A stretch of 64,000 nt of DNA from Candidatus Methanomethylicia archaeon (GTDB lineage Archaea > Thermoproteota > Methanomethylicia > CALHIW01), in contig JAWBQF010000007.1 in assembly GCA_038845975.1 (NCBI GenBank), positions 30,351-94,350 on the forward strand, in the 5' to 3' direction. The notes under the pieces are model-generated. The model searched no databases. It saw only the letters and a program-made list of their open reading frames with translations, and was not told where the DNA came from. Position numbers and translations under genes: made by a program. This document shows positions 33,005 through 44,116 of this stretch, in pieces. Position 1 is the stretch's first letter. Every line of letters starts with the position of its first letter.

Positions 33005-33236
33005 ATATTTAAATCTTCTGTACTGTGGTTCTCGTAGGATTTTCTCTTTAAATCATCAATTAAATGGTTTCGACAATTTCAAAATAAGTCTATTTCCATA
33101 ATAGTTTTTATGTAGCTATTAATTCAAGTCCTTGAATGTTTATTTATTATATGATTCTATGAGGTGGTTGAAAACTATAAAATTGGGCTAGTAATACACT
33201 ATGGTAATTACATGTTTGCCAATTCAAAAACTACAT

Positions 33237-33943
33237 GATACTGTCAAGTTATTTTTAGGGAGCTTTGAGAAGCCGCTTTTGGAGGTGATCACCATTAGGT
33301 GGCTTCTCAAAGCCCTTGAGAATAGTGGTTTGTTAGGATTAATAGGTTTTCGCTCCAGGGTTAGGGCTGTTCTGCTATATGGCTGGCCTAAGCTATAGGG
33401 AAGTAACCTATGTTCTGAGAGTTATTTCATGTAGCTACGAGGCTGTAAGGCTTTGGTTAGAAGCTGGAATGCGTGACCGTTAACGTTGGGGTTAAGCCTA
33501 GGTGTATGGTAGCCGTTGATGAGGCTAAGATTAAGGCTAATGGGGAATGATGATACGTATGGGCTGCTATAGATGTTGATACGCGTAACGTATGGGTTTC
33601 ATGGCGGAGGAACATCCTACATGAAGCCTTTCTGAGGAAGGTTCTGGAAGCATGCGTGAACAAGCCCATTATCCTCGTTGATAAGGGTCCTTGGTATCCT
33701 GAGGCGCTTCAAGCCCTTGGGCTTGAATGGGTCCATAGAACCTTCGGTGAGAGGAACCGTATTGAACGATGGTTCAGAACCATGAAAGCCAGGACTAAGC
33801 ACTTCTTCAACAACTTCCCAATAAGGAAAAGCCTATCTTCAAGATAAAACTCTTCATAAGGCTCTTCGTCCTATGGTACAACTTCATAAGGCCGCATCAA
33901 ACCCTAGGAAGACCGCCAGCAATACCGATAACTTGACAGTATC
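33237..33943 (+). mobile_element. IS6-family element, type B (TIR GATACTGTCAAGTTAT), transposase pseudogene
   Basis: Perfect 16-bp TIRs; flanking direct repeat AAACTACAT; fragments VAVDE.K, WAAID, VDKGPWY, RNRIERWF; higher GC than flanks. Confidence 0.92.
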
Positions 33944-34009
33944 AAACTACATAAGCGAAAAGAATAAGTAGACTTAGCTTAATTAGTTAAGCGGTATGTG
34001 GTGTGAAAT

Positions 34010-34885
34010 GTGTTGTTTAAGGCCTTAGTAGATTTAGTGAAGCCTAAGCAAACACTACTATTACTATTTACTGCTTTAGCCTCCTATACAGTAGCTGCAG
34101 GTAGTCAGTTTATGTTTTCAATATTTACATTACTAGCAGTATCAGGTTTTCTACTAATATCTGGTGTAACAGTATTTAATATGGTGCTTGAAGTAGATAT
34201 AGACAGCATCATGGAGAGAACAAGGATAAGACCTATTCCATCTGGTATGATAAATAGAGTCTACGCTACCGTATATGGTATACTGATATATACTTTGGGT
34301 TTGGTATTAGCATACATGTTAAGTATTTGGATAGTAGTAGCTGGTGTTTTAGCATTGGTATTTGATATTATACTGTATACTCTATGGCTGAAGAGGAAGG
34401 TAGAGATAAGCATAATTGTTGGAGGAGTTGCCGGAGGTATGCCTGCTTTTGGGGGGTGGTGTACTGCAGTAGGCTATCCTACAATTGAATCTATTCTAGT
34501 AGCTGTATTAATCATGTTATGGATTCCAATGCATATATGGTTTATAGCCTATTACTATATGGAAGACTATAGGAAAGCCGGTATCCCAATGCTACCTGTA
34601 ACTAGAGGGGTTAAAGTGACCGTAAAAGCTATTACGATAAGTCTAATTCTATTCCTCTTTATTATTGCGATGATGTATGCTAGAGGAGCTCTAGGTCTTA
34701 TGACTCTTACGCTTTCAGTATTCATAACAGCACTAGCTTTAAAGAGAACAATTAACTTTCAATCCAACCCCAATAAGGAAGTTGCTAAAAGATTATTTAA
34801 GGTAGCCAGCCCATATCTAGTAGTAGTTTTCTCATCGATGATTATTGAGAAGACACTATATATTCTAATAATAAATCTAAAATAA
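34010..34885 (+). CDS. cyoE: protoheme IX farnesyltransferase (heme O synthase), copy 2
   Basis: NM..E.DID..MERT..RPIPSG, YT.WLKR, GGVAG.MP, W.P.H.W, EDY.KAG.PMLP. Confidence 0.9.
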   Translation: MLFKALVDLVKPKQTLLLLFTALASYTVAAGSQFMFSIFTLLAVSGFLLISGVTVFNMVLEVDIDSIMERTRIRPIPSGMINRVYATVYGILIYTLGLVLAYMLSIWIVVAGVLALVFDIILYTLWLKRKVEISIIVGGVAGGMPAFGGWCTAVGYPTIESILVAVLIMLWIPMHIWFIAYYYMEDYRKAGIPMLPVTRGVKVTVKAITISLILFLFIIAMMYARGALGLMTLTLSVFITALALKRTINFQSNPNKEVAKRLFKVASPYLVVVFSSMIIEKTLYILIINLK

Positions 34886-35245
34886 GAATACCTTAATATT
34901 ATTAAAATCTATTACTCCATAGTAGCAAGATTTCTCAACATATAATCTATTAGAGTTGGTAGCTTAAGTTTATCTTCTAGATGGTATGAGTAGCTTAATG
35001 AGTAGACTTTCCGGAATTCAAGTATTTTTCTATTACCTAGTAGCTTATTAGATTAAGAATGTTCTATTTCCTACTGGGCGATAAACATCCTATTTTAGTA
35101 TGTCTATTGAAAGGTTTAATATATGATGATTTGGCTCTTAATAAGTCTAGAACGCTGTAACGCACTATTTAATGAAAGTAAATTACCTAGACGAGAATAG
35201 TTAAGCATACAGTAATATTCTTAAGTAATCTATTGTTTTACTATC

Positions 35246-36841
35246 GTGGCTAGCATGTCTGGGTGTGCGGATTTGGTTCTTATGAATGGTAACGTTATTA
35301 CTATGTCTAATTTTACTCAGAAAGCTGAAGCTATAGCTATAATTGGTAATAGAATAGCTTTTGTTGGTAGTAATAGCAAATGTAGAGAATTTATTGGTTC
35401 TAACACTAGAGTTATTGACTGTAAAGGTATGACTATTCTACCTGGATTTATTGATGTTCATAATCATCTCGTAAGTTATGGCTTGAAGCTTGATTGGATT
35501 GATCTTAGAAATACCTTTTCAATCAATGATCTTAAAAAGCTTGTTAGGAAAAGAATTGAGGAAATTGGTAGTGGTAAATGGGTTTTTGGTTATGGTTGGG
35601 ATCAAGAAAAATTTAGTGAGAAGCGGTATCCTTTACGCTATGATCTTGACGAAGTCTCTCCTGAAAATCCTGTTGTACTTGTAAGAATTTGCAGTCATAT
35701 ATGTGTTGTTAACACGCTTGCTTTAAATATAGCTGGTATAGATTCTAATACTATAAGTCCTAAGAACGGCTATATAGATAGGGACTCTAAAGGTGAGCCT
35801 ACAGGTATACTTATGGAGGAAGCTATGAATTTAGTTATGTCAAAGATTCCTAAGCCAAATATTAATGATTTAGTAACTGCTATTGAAAAAGCTTGTTTTG
35901 AAGCTATTAGAAATGGATTAACAACAATACATGTAGTTTCAGCTCAACCAGATGAAATTAGGGCTTTTCAGAAGCTTCGAAGAGAAGGGAAGCTTCATGT
36001 AAGAATAATACTATATGTTGACCAAAGTATGCTTAAATGTTTAAGAGAATTAGGTATTGAGTACGGGTTTGGAGATTTATTTTTAAAGATAAATGGTGTT
36101 AAACTATTTATGGACGGATCATTTGGTGCACGTACAGCTGCATTAATGGAGCCGTATAGTGATAATCCAGCTGTAACTGGTATTCTTTGTAATGTGGATG
36201 ATGTTAAGGAAAATGTTAAACTAATTCATGAATCTAACTTACAGGTAGCTCTGCATGCTATTGGAGATAGAGCAGTTATTGAAGCTATTAAAATCTTTAA
36301 AGAGCTTAATAATGTTGATTTGAGGAGACATAGAATAGAACATGCATCACTACTTCTACCAGAAGTGTTTAGTGAAGTATTGAGATTAGGAATAGTATTA
36401 ACCGTTCAACCATCATTTACAATATCTGATTTTTGGATTGTTAATAGGTTAGGTGATGAAAGGGCTAAATATGTGTATCCAATTAGCAGTCTTATTAGTA
36501 GTGGTATTAAGATTGCTGGAGGATCTGACTGTCCTGTTGAGAATATGTCACCACTATATCAGATATATTCTGCAGTAACTAGAGGAAAATATGAAGGAGT
36601 GAAGCTATACAAGTATACAGAGAGTGAATGTGTTACTGTATTAGATGCTATTAAGTTATTTACGATGAATGCTGCATATGCAGGCTTTGAGGAGAAGATT
36701 AAGGGGTCAATAGAACCCGGAAAGCTTGCAGATGTTATTGTTCTATCAGAAAATCCATTAACTACGAGTCCTGAGAGAATTAAGGATATAAAGGTATGTA
36801 TGACGATAATTGATGGTGATATTAAGTATTCATGTTTATAA
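35246..36841 (+). CDS. YtcJ-like metal-dependent amidohydrolase (Amidohydro_3)
   Basis: PGFIDVHNH, KLFMDGS.G.RTA, HAIGD, RIEH, GSDCP, GKLAD. Confidence 0.93.
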   Translation: MASMSGCADLVLMNGNVITMSNFTQKAEAIAIIGNRIAFVGSNSKCREFIGSNTRVIDCKGMTILPGFIDVHNHLVSYGLKLDWIDLRNTFSINDLKKLVRKRIEEIGSGKWVFGYGWDQEKFSEKRYPLRYDLDEVSPENPVVLVRICSHICVVNTLALNIAGIDSNTISPKNGYIDRDSKGEPTGILMEEAMNLVMSKIPKPNINDLVTAIEKACFEAIRNGLTTIHVVSAQPDEIRAFQKLRREGKLHVRIILYVDQSMLKCLRELGIEYGFGDLFLKINGVKLFMDGSFGARTAALMEPYSDNPAVTGILCNVDDVKENVKLIHESNLQVALHAIGDRAVIEAIKIFKELNNVDLRRHRIEHASLLLPEVFSEVLRLGIVLTVQPSFTISDFWIVNRLGDERAKYVYPISSLISSGIKIAGGSDCPVENMSPLYQIYSAVTRGKYEGVKLYKYTESECVTVLDAIKLFTMNAAYAGFEEKIKGSIEPGKLADVIVLSENPLTTSPERIKDIKVCMTIIDGDIKYSCL

Positions 36842-37702
36842 CTTCTCCCTAATAGATCTTGAAATACTCGAAAATGATAACCCTCCAATTCTAAACCTTC
36901 TTTTAACCTCACTAATACTTCCACCAACTATCTCAATACTGTTAAGATCACCAATACCTAACCCCATTTCATGTGCTTTCCTGATGTACTCTATACTCAT
37001 AGGGTTAAAGCCCATAATTGCTGCACTAACAGCATCAACCGCAATCAAGTCATTACCTGCAATAATAACCCCAATTTTAACAGGTATTGAACCAATTTCT
37101 CCCCCCTCCCCCGCAATAATGCCATCGACAACAGCAAGTCTAGGCTTTAAAACTCTAAATAGATCAATAAGTTTTTCATGAATATGACTATGCATAACTC
37201 CCTTATCATGTAGAGTTCCCATAAGATTCTTAACGCTTAACGTAACTGTTGCTAAACGGTGAACTTTAAGCTTAGGAATACTAACTATAGCATTACATGA
37301 AAGTGCTGTTTTAGCTATTCTAATACTTTTCAGTCTTAAAGCATTTGGAAGATTAACCTCAACATAGTCATCGAGGTTAAGATTAACGAGTTTAAAGCCA
37401 TATTTAGCTGCAAAATCTACTAATCCAAGTAGTTTAAATGCTCTATCAGCAGTATCGGATCCTAATCCTCCCTCCCCAATTGTTATATTATGTACTCCAT
37501 GATTTAGAAGATATGTAGAAACAGCTTCAACTACCTTAGGGTCAGTAACCTCCCCATATTCAGGTTTGTTTGCAACGATATAGTTGGGTTTAATTAAAAC
37601 TTTATCATCACTGCTAAAAAACATATTTGCCTTAATCAGATCTAAAGCTTTATAAGTGGCTTCTAGTGGGTCTTCACCCCTTACTAATGCAACTCTAACC
37701 AT
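36836..37702 (-). CDS. DUF362 domain protein
   Basis: VLIKPN, TDP, PKLKVH, TLSVKNL.G, D.IAVD. Confidence 0.88.
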   Translation of the reverse strand: MVRVALVRGEDPLEATYKALDLIKANMFFSSDDKVLIKPNYIVANKPEYGEVTDPKVVEAVSTYLLNHGVHNITIGEGGLGSDTADRAFKLLGLVDFAAKYGFKLVNLNLDDYVEVNLPNALRLKSIRIAKTALSCNAIVSIPKLKVHRLATVTLSVKNLMGTLHDKGVMHSHIHEKLIDLFRVLKPRLAVVDGIIAGEGGEIGSIPVKIGVIIAGNDLIAVDAVSAAIMGFNPMSIEYIRKAHEMGLGIGDLNSIEIVGGSISEVKRRFRIGGLSFSSISRSIREKL

Positions 37703-37763
37703 AACCTAGAATTAGGCTAATACATATAAATACTCCTATAAGTTAATGTCCAATTCTAAATCC

Positions 37764-38567
37764 CTATATAGCTTTAAACAATAGTTTCCTCTCGAAGAGC
37801 CTAGTAGCCTCCCTAATTTTCTCTACTGTTGCTAGTTTAAGTGCAGATATTACACTTACTAGGTCTATTAGGCTAGATTTAACTTCTAATGGTAAATGTG
37901 ATAGGTCCTCATTGATTACTTCTTCTATTTCCTCTTGAAATCTAGGACTTGCTTTAAATGGAAATATAAATGCTAAATCCTTCAGTAATGATGCTAAATG
38001 TATTTGAACTAGCTTACGGTTTCCTCTTACAATTGGCCATAGAGTTTTCTGACTATTTAACTCTTTTTCAACTATTTTCTTGAAGAAAGCTACTTGATCT
38101 TCAATAAATCCATTCTCAAATAGAAGATTAGAAACTTCAAGGTCCTTAATAGCTACCGTTATGAGGTAAAATGCTTCAGGTAGTATTTTAGAGTTTGGTA
38201 GTTGTGTAATTATGTAGTATTCAAGTTCGCCATGGAGTACTGCATGTCCAACCTCATGTCTTAAACATCCTAATCCAGCTTTCTCGCCTAGAGCTTTTAG
38301 TGTTTCAGTTGAATATAGTATTCTAGGAGCCCCAGTCCAGGCATCGTGAAATGCGTAGAATTCTTCACTTAAACTCCATGTAGGAACCCCATATTTAAAT
38401 CCCTCACTCATAGTATAACTTCTCATTAGTGATAAGCTATTAAATATATAGAGATATATTAATGGAGGCTTATACTTTATCCTTAATAGGAAATCCTCAA
38501 CAATATCCTTAAGTCTTTTCTCCTCACTAATACTTACTCCAAAGTTTATAGTAGCAATCTTGACCAT
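37764..38567 (-). CDS. putative zinc metallopeptidase (HExxH)
   Basis: HEVGHAVLHG plus downstream VAIKDLEV. Confidence 0.65.
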   Translation of the reverse strand: MVKIATINFGVSISEEKRLKDIVEDFLLRIKYKPPLIYLYIFNSLSLMRSYTMSEGFKYGVPTWSLSEEFYAFHDAWTGAPRILYSTETLKALGEKAGLGCLRHEVGHAVLHGELEYYIITQLPNSKILPEAFYLITVAIKDLEVSNLLFENGFIEDQVAFFKKIVEKELNSQKTLWPIVRGNRKLVQIHLASLLKDLAFIFPFKASPRFQEEIEEVINEDLSHLPLEVKSSLIDLVSVISALKLATVEKIREATRLFERKLLFKAI

Positions 38568-38662
38568 TTCTACATAGAGTTAACAGTATTCCAACTATAG
38601 AATATGATGGTTTAAGCATTTATTCTCAGCATTACTAAGTAGATTCTCATAACTAACCCAGT

Positions 38663-38929
38663 TCAGAACTTGATGAGTGGAATCTTAATTAAATAAGTTT
38701 GAAATGTAGAAGTACTTCCACCACTTATAATCGGCATGAATACAACAGTATCTTCATCATTAACGTAATCATTCCAGTCGGCTGACTTGCCATTTACTAA
38801 AGCTATAATTCGCTCTCTATCTTTTACAGGTAGAAGCTCATAAACCCTTACATTTTTCTCTAGCTTTATATTAGTTTCAGAAGTACCAACTATAGAGGCT
38901 ATGTATCCAATATATTTAATCTTCACCAT
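38663..38929 (-). CDS. MoaD/ThiS/SAMP ubiquitin-like protein with a 17-aa extension after GG
   Basis: LVNG...D.V.F.P.ISGG followed by STSTFQTYLIKIPLIKF; directly downstream of aor. Confidence 0.8.
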   Translation of the reverse strand: MVKIKYIGYIASIVGTSETNIKLEKNVRVYELLPVKDRERIIALVNGKSADWNDYVNDEDTVVFMPIISGGSTSTFQTYLIKIPLIKF

Positions 38930-39093
38930 AGCTACACGATCTTTATTAAACTGGAATTTAAATTTTTAGATTAAATATAGGGCGTATCAACTTGACATAT
39001 TGTAGTTCTCTCCTTAAGTTTCAAGATCTAAATATAATGTTGATGTGTTTCTCTTAAATTTAAAATTAATATTGGATTTAAGTTTAATAGAAT

Positions 39094-40938
39094 TTATGGT
39101 GTTAGGTTCACTGTTTTCTCAAGTTTTTCAATCGTATAGTCTAGTCCTAGCTGTTTTAATGTAGCTTTTCTAGGTATTCCGTTTTCATCCCATCCTCTCA
39201 ATTCATAGTACCATGATAGTAGTTTACTATATGCACTTCTATCTAGTTTTTCTCCTTTAAACGGTCCTCTTGTTAATGGATTATTAAACCATCTTTGTGG
39301 TGGCCAATCCATTTCCCTACTCCATCCACCCATCTCCCTTATCCAAAATGCTCTTATTAAATTATATATTCGATCAGCTATTACATATAGCTCATCCATT
39401 GTAAGCGCTACTCCTGTTGCAGCTTTAAGATATTTAAGATACCATTCAAGCTCAAATCCTAGCTCAATCCATGGGAATCTACATAGTGTTAAACTTTCAA
39501 AAACTCCCCCTCTTATTCTTTGAAGCTCAATAACTTTTTCAGCTTTACCTCTATTTACTCCAAACCTATCTGTTTTAACTTCCCATGATATAACCCAAGA
39601 ATCCTTATGATGCGCACCTATCGGTGAGGTTGCATACGCTAAAGCCATAGCTATAGCTGTATGACAGTTATATGCTGATATTTCAAGCCCTTTAACATGC
39701 ATAGCCCATTCATAGGATCCTCCACCAATCTTTTCTGAAGCTTTTCTAACACCCTCAGCCAATATTTCTCCAATATCTTCTCTATTAACTATCTTAATCA
39801 TGAGCTCTCTTGCAGCCTTATAGTCTCCCCACTCAATTCTTTCACTTATAAGTTTTCTTTCAGAGGCTTCCATAGCAAAACCTATAACGTTTCCCACTGA
39901 TATCGTATCAACGCCATACTCGTCTGCAAGTCTATTAAGTGTTGATACTAAATTCAAATCTCCAACTCCAATATTTGATCCAAGCATAGCCACATTCTCA
40001 TAGTCAAGTTCAACATATCTATCTTCAGAATCTCTTACAACGTTTCCACAAATCATATTACAGTATGGACATCCTCTCTGTGAAATCTTTATTTTCTCCA
40101 TAGTATAGCCATCAATGTTTTTGGCATAATCGAAAACCCCCTCCCTAAAGTTATAAGTTGGTAGTACTGAGTTTTCTTGACTCCACTCTATAGTCATCAT
40201 CGTACCCTGTCTCCGCCAGAAATCATATCCCTCCCTGCTCTTTATGTTTGCATATCCATCTGCTCCAAGCCTCTTCAAATCATCAACATTTGCAACAGGT
40301 ATATCTTTATTACCTCTTATAACTATTGCTTTAAGCTTCTTAGAGCCCATGACAGCTCCTATTCCAGGTCTTCCTCCTGCTCTTCCCTCCTGTGATAGTA
40401 TGTTAGCATACTTAACAAGATTTTCACCAGCAGGCCCAATAGTTAATACACCTACGTTTTTACCATGTTTCTGCTTAAGTTTTCTCTCACATTCAAAAGT
40501 TGTTAAACCCCATAAATCATCAGCATTAACCACTTCAGTAAAATCATCTTCTATGTTTATATAGCATGGTTTTTCAGCCTTTCCCTCAATGACAATAGCA
40601 TCATAGCCTGCCTTTCTAAGCTCTGTAGCAGCTACACTTCCAAGATTTCCATCACCATATCCGCCAGTCAAGGGACTTTTCGATGCAACAACAATTTTAC
40701 CACTACTAGGAATAGGTAAACCAGTAAGAGGACCTGTAGCTAGGATAAGCTTATTCTCAGGTGATAATGGATCAATACCTGACGGCAACTCATCCCATAA
40801 TATTTTTATTGCAAATCCTCTCCCACCGAGAAAGCTTAATGCAAGATCAGAGTTAAACTTTTGAATTGAAACCTTGCTTAAGGATAGATTTATTCTTAAA
40901 ATTTTCCCATTCCATCCAAACATTAAACCACCACTCAA
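39094..40938 (-). CDS. aor: tungsten-dependent aldehyde:ferredoxin oxidoreductase family protein
   Basis: GGRG, SKSPLTG, IGPAGE, GAVMGSK.LKA, CPYCNMIC, DYE, HVKGLE. Confidence 0.93.
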   Translation of the reverse strand: MSGGLMFGWNGKILRINLSLSKVSIQKFNSDLALSFLGGRGFAIKILWDELPSGIDPLSPENKLILATGPLTGLPIPSSGKIVVASKSPLTGGYGDGNLGSVAATELRKAGYDAIVIEGKAEKPCYINIEDDFTEVVNADDLWGLTTFECERKLKQKHGKNVGVLTIGPAGENLVKYANILSQEGRAGGRPGIGAVMGSKKLKAIVIRGNKDIPVANVDDLKRLGADGYANIKSREGYDFWRRQGTMMTIEWSQENSVLPTYNFREGVFDYAKNIDGYTMEKIKISQRGCPYCNMICGNVVRDSEDRYVELDYENVAMLGSNIGVGDLNLVSTLNRLADEYGVDTISVGNVIGFAMEASERKLISERIEWGDYKAARELMIKIVNREDIGEILAEGVRKASEKIGGGSYEWAMHVKGLEISAYNCHTAIAMALAYATSPIGAHHKDSWVISWEVKTDRFGVNRGKAEKVIELQRIRGGVFESLTLCRFPWIELGFELEWYLKYLKAATGVALTMDELYVIADRIYNLIRAFWIREMGGWSREMDWPPQRWFNNPLTRGPFKGEKLDRSAYSKLLSWYYELRGWDENGIPRKATLKQLGLDYTIEKLEKTVNLTP

Positions 40939-41059
40939 ATTTAGACTTCAAATATATAAACTATTAGGTAATCTAAAAGGACGTGGCAACTTAAGTTCAT
41001 ATTCTAGGTGGTTGTAGTATAACATGAATGGATTCAGTATTTATCTGCTTTTTACTGTC

Positions 41060-41227
41060 CAGGATATTGTTTATTGCGATGTTATTGTTAAGAGTATTCT
41101 AGTTCTCTGCTGAGTGATGAATATCCTATTCTACTATTTTCTCTTGCTAAAAGATTTTAATTTATTTAGTTCTTCAAGAGATTTAGGAAGCCGTGATGCC
41201 TCATCAAGAAGAAGATCTGTTTCCATC
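41060..41227 (-). pseudogene. possible Lrp/AsnC-type HTH remnant
   Basis: Frameshifted fragments LEELNKL / LARENSRIGYSSLSRELEYS upstream of aor. Confidence 0.25.
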
Positions 41228-41697
41228 ACAATAACTTAATATTTCATTATTTATGAATTGTTAGATATAGTGTTGTTCCTTTTAGCTTTAACTATATAGC
41301 ATTTTAGATTCAGTAATAACATTATAACACCGTATTCCTCAAAACTTTTAGAACATGTAACATCAAGATTACTATTTGAGAATAATATGTTAAGGCATTG
41401 CCAAGTTAATAAATGTAAAATTCTGGAGTTTCCATATTCTAAGCTTGAAAGTCTAAAGAGGTCATGAATTAAATAGTAGCCTCTAATGGATTTATGATAT
41501 TAAGAAATATTTAAGACTACGTGTAGTAGTTAGATAAGCTGGATGGCTTGTATAAGAGGCTTTTGAGGTGCTGGTATGACTTCAACATGTCTACTAATGA
41601 ATTTTAAATTGTAGAGTTGAATTTGTGAATTCTAAAACAATGTCTAATTTACTTTTAGGCTTTGTAAATTTATAAGCTTGTAGTATTAGAAACTGCT

Positions 41698-42765
41698 ATG
41701 AGAATTAGAGCTATTACCCTATTTGCAGATTATATTAGATATAGAATGAATTTACCGTTAATAGCTAAACTTTTCTATAATGAGTCTCTTAAATCTTCTT
41801 TAAAGCATAATGTTAGTATTTGGACTTGGAGAATTGCTTTAAACCCAATTAAAAAAGATATGCTTATGGATGTAGCTAGTAGTATTGAATCTATTCCTAA
41901 GGAAATAAACTATATAGCGATTCCATTAGATGGTTTAAGCGTAGATGATGTAGATAACATTATAAACCTACTTGCTAATACAGATCGTATATTTCTATCC
42001 ATTCATGGTGGTGAAATGGAGTACTCCATATTTATTCAAATTCTAAAAAGGCTTTCATCAAATCCCCAGTTATGTACACGTATAGCGTTTGCTATTGATA
42101 AACCCATATTAACACCGTATTTTCCATTAGCTTCATCTCCTGAAAATGGATTTGGTGTTGCCTCTGCTCTTCTGTATGTTAATGATCTTCTAAATACTCA
42201 GGAATTAAATCGGAGAATTAATGAAGTGTTTTTAAAAGCTTACAGTATAGTTAATGAGGTTTCGCTTAAGCTTAATGCTGAATGCTATGGTGTTGATCTT
42301 TCACTATCCCCATGGATGGAGGAGAGTGTAGCTTTATTTATTGAGAGAATTAAAGGTAAGCCGTTTAATGAAGGTGGTACTTATAAAGCTATATTTAATC
42401 TTAACTGTTTAATTAAGTCTATTTCAAATCAATCTAAGTGTGTAGGATTTAATGAAGTTATGCTGCCTTACGCTGAAGATTTACGGCTAATGAATCTTGG
42501 TGAAAGAGGTTTACTTAGTGCTTATGACTTAATTTCTCTAGCATCTGTTTGTGTTGCTGGGTTAGATATGGTTGTAGTTCCATATGGAGAGCTTGAAGAT
42601 ATACTTTGGGATGCTTATGCAGTATTGAAGAGTAAGAATCAGCCATCAGGAGTGAGAGTTATTCCTGTTAAAGCAAATTCTGGAGATAAAATTAATCTTG
42701 GAAGATTTGGCACGGTTCCCGTTATGGTGTTGAAGCATAATGTTAACAGGTGTTGTACATGTTGA
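41698..42765 (+). CDS. DUF711 (UPF0210-related) family protein
   Basis: IRAIT, TPYFP, GVDLSLSPW, GFNEVMLP.AED..L, SVC.AGLD. Confidence 0.82.
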   Translation: MRIRAITLFADYIRYRMNLPLIAKLFYNESLKSSLKHNVSIWTWRIALNPIKKDMLMDVASSIESIPKEINYIAIPLDGLSVDDVDNIINLLANTDRIFLSIHGGEMEYSIFIQILKRLSSNPQLCTRIAFAIDKPILTPYFPLASSPENGFGVASALLYVNDLLNTQELNRRINEVFLKAYSIVNEVSLKLNAECYGVDLSLSPWMEESVALFIERIKGKPFNEGGTYKAIFNLNCLIKSISNQSKCVGFNEVMLPYAEDLRLMNLGERGLLSAYDLISLASVCVAGLDMVVVPYGELEDILWDAYAVLKSKNQPSGVRVIPVKANSGDKINLGRFGTVPVMVLKHNVNRCCTC

Positions 42766-44114
42766 GGGTTGTTGATGAGTATTTAGAAATGGATAATGTA
42801 AACCTCTATGAGCTAGCTAAATTATACGATACCCCACTTATAGTGTTTTCTGAACGTAGAATTTTAGAAAATCTAAAATCAGTTAATGATTTGAAAAACA
42901 TTTATGATAAGATTAAAATATACTATGCTGTTAAAGCATGTTCTAATGTAAGCATTCTTAAGATTATTAGGGAGATGAATATAGGGGTTGAAGTAAGCTC
43001 TATAGGTGAGCTTTTTAAGACATGTGTAGCAGGGTTTAAGTCAGAAAACATAATATTTAATGGCCCTGCTAAAAAGCTAAAAGATATTGAGATAGCTGTA
43101 AGGCTTGGAGTTAAATGTATTAATGTTGACTCCATGTCGGAGCTAATAAAGATATCTCATATAGCTAATAAGTTAGGTAAACCTGTAGATATTGCTTTAC
43201 GTATAGATGTACCAGTTAAGAGCGATGGTATTGCTATTAAGAGTACAAATACGAAGTTTGGCTTTGATTTAAAGGATATTAATGATACTATAGACTTCAT
43301 ATTAGGATCTAAATATTTAAATCTTATTGGTTTACATGCACATATAGGTAGCCAGAATACATGTCTAGATTCATGGGTTAAATCTGCTGAATTTCTTGCT
43401 TCAGTATATAATATGATTGAGAATAGGGGAATTAAGCTTCAACATGTAAATCTAGGTGGTGGATTACCTGTAGATTATGCTCATAATGCTCAAAACATTC
43501 CCTCCATTTTCAAACCCTCAGTATCCGATCATGAAATAGTTGGCCTAGTAACCAATGTTTTAAGAAGGAATATTGGTGATATTGAAGTATATTTTGAACC
43601 TGGAAGAAGAATTATTGCAAATACATCTCTCCTCCTCTCATCCATTGAAGCTATTAAGTTGAAGAATGGTGAGAAGTGGATAATCATAGATGCTGGATGG
43701 AATATCTTGAACAGCGTTAGAGTTTTAAGATGGTACTATGAAATAGTTCCGGTAAATAAAGCTAATGTTAAAGAGTTTAGTAACTATAGGATTGGAGGCC
43801 CTCTTTGCGATAGTAACGATGTATTTCATGATATTCAGGGTGAATCTCAAGGTAATCCTATTCTTCCTAAATATAGATTACTACCTAAATCTCTTGAGGT
43901 TGGTGATGTTATTGCCATTCTTGATGTCGGTGCTTACCTTCTTGATTTAATGAATAATTTTAATGGTTATCTTAAACCTGAAGTTTTAATGATTAAGTTA
44001 AATCGTGACATAGTATCTATAAAAAGTAGGGAAAAACTTATGGATCTTGTAATGTACGAAGTTAATACTAAGGATCTTAAGGAAGCTTATAGGATCTTAG
44101 AAACGTTGATGTAG
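42750..44114 (+). CDS. fold-type III PLP-dependent decarboxylase (LysA/ODC family)
   Basis: YYAVKA, NGPAK, HAHIGSQ, NLGGG, EPGR, GPLCDSND, GAY; probable start 42759. Confidence 0.9.
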   Translation: MLYMLRVVDEYLEMDNVNLYELAKLYDTPLIVFSERRILENLKSVNDLKNIYDKIKIYYAVKACSNVSILKIIREMNIGVEVSSIGELFKTCVAGFKSENIIFNGPAKKLKDIEIAVRLGVKCINVDSMSELIKISHIANKLGKPVDIALRIDVPVKSDGIAIKSTNTKFGFDLKDINDTIDFILGSKYLNLIGLHAHIGSQNTCLDSWVKSAEFLASVYNMIENRGIKLQHVNLGGGLPVDYAHNAQNIPSIFKPSVSDHEIVGLVTNVLRRNIGDIEVYFEPGRRIIANTSLLLSSIEAIKLKNGEKWIIIDAGWNILNSVRVLRWYYEIVPVNKANVKEFSNYRIGGPLCDSNDVFHDIQGESQGNPILPKYRLLPKSLEVGDVIAILDVGAYLLDLMNNFNGYLKPEVLMIKLNRDIVSIKSREKLMDLVMYEVNTKDLKEAYRILETLM

Positions 44115-44116
44115 CT

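Noticed and set aside
41076-41150. C/D sRNA around CTGA-GTGATGA
   Set aside because: Guides would be ~27 nt and the outer boxes are poor
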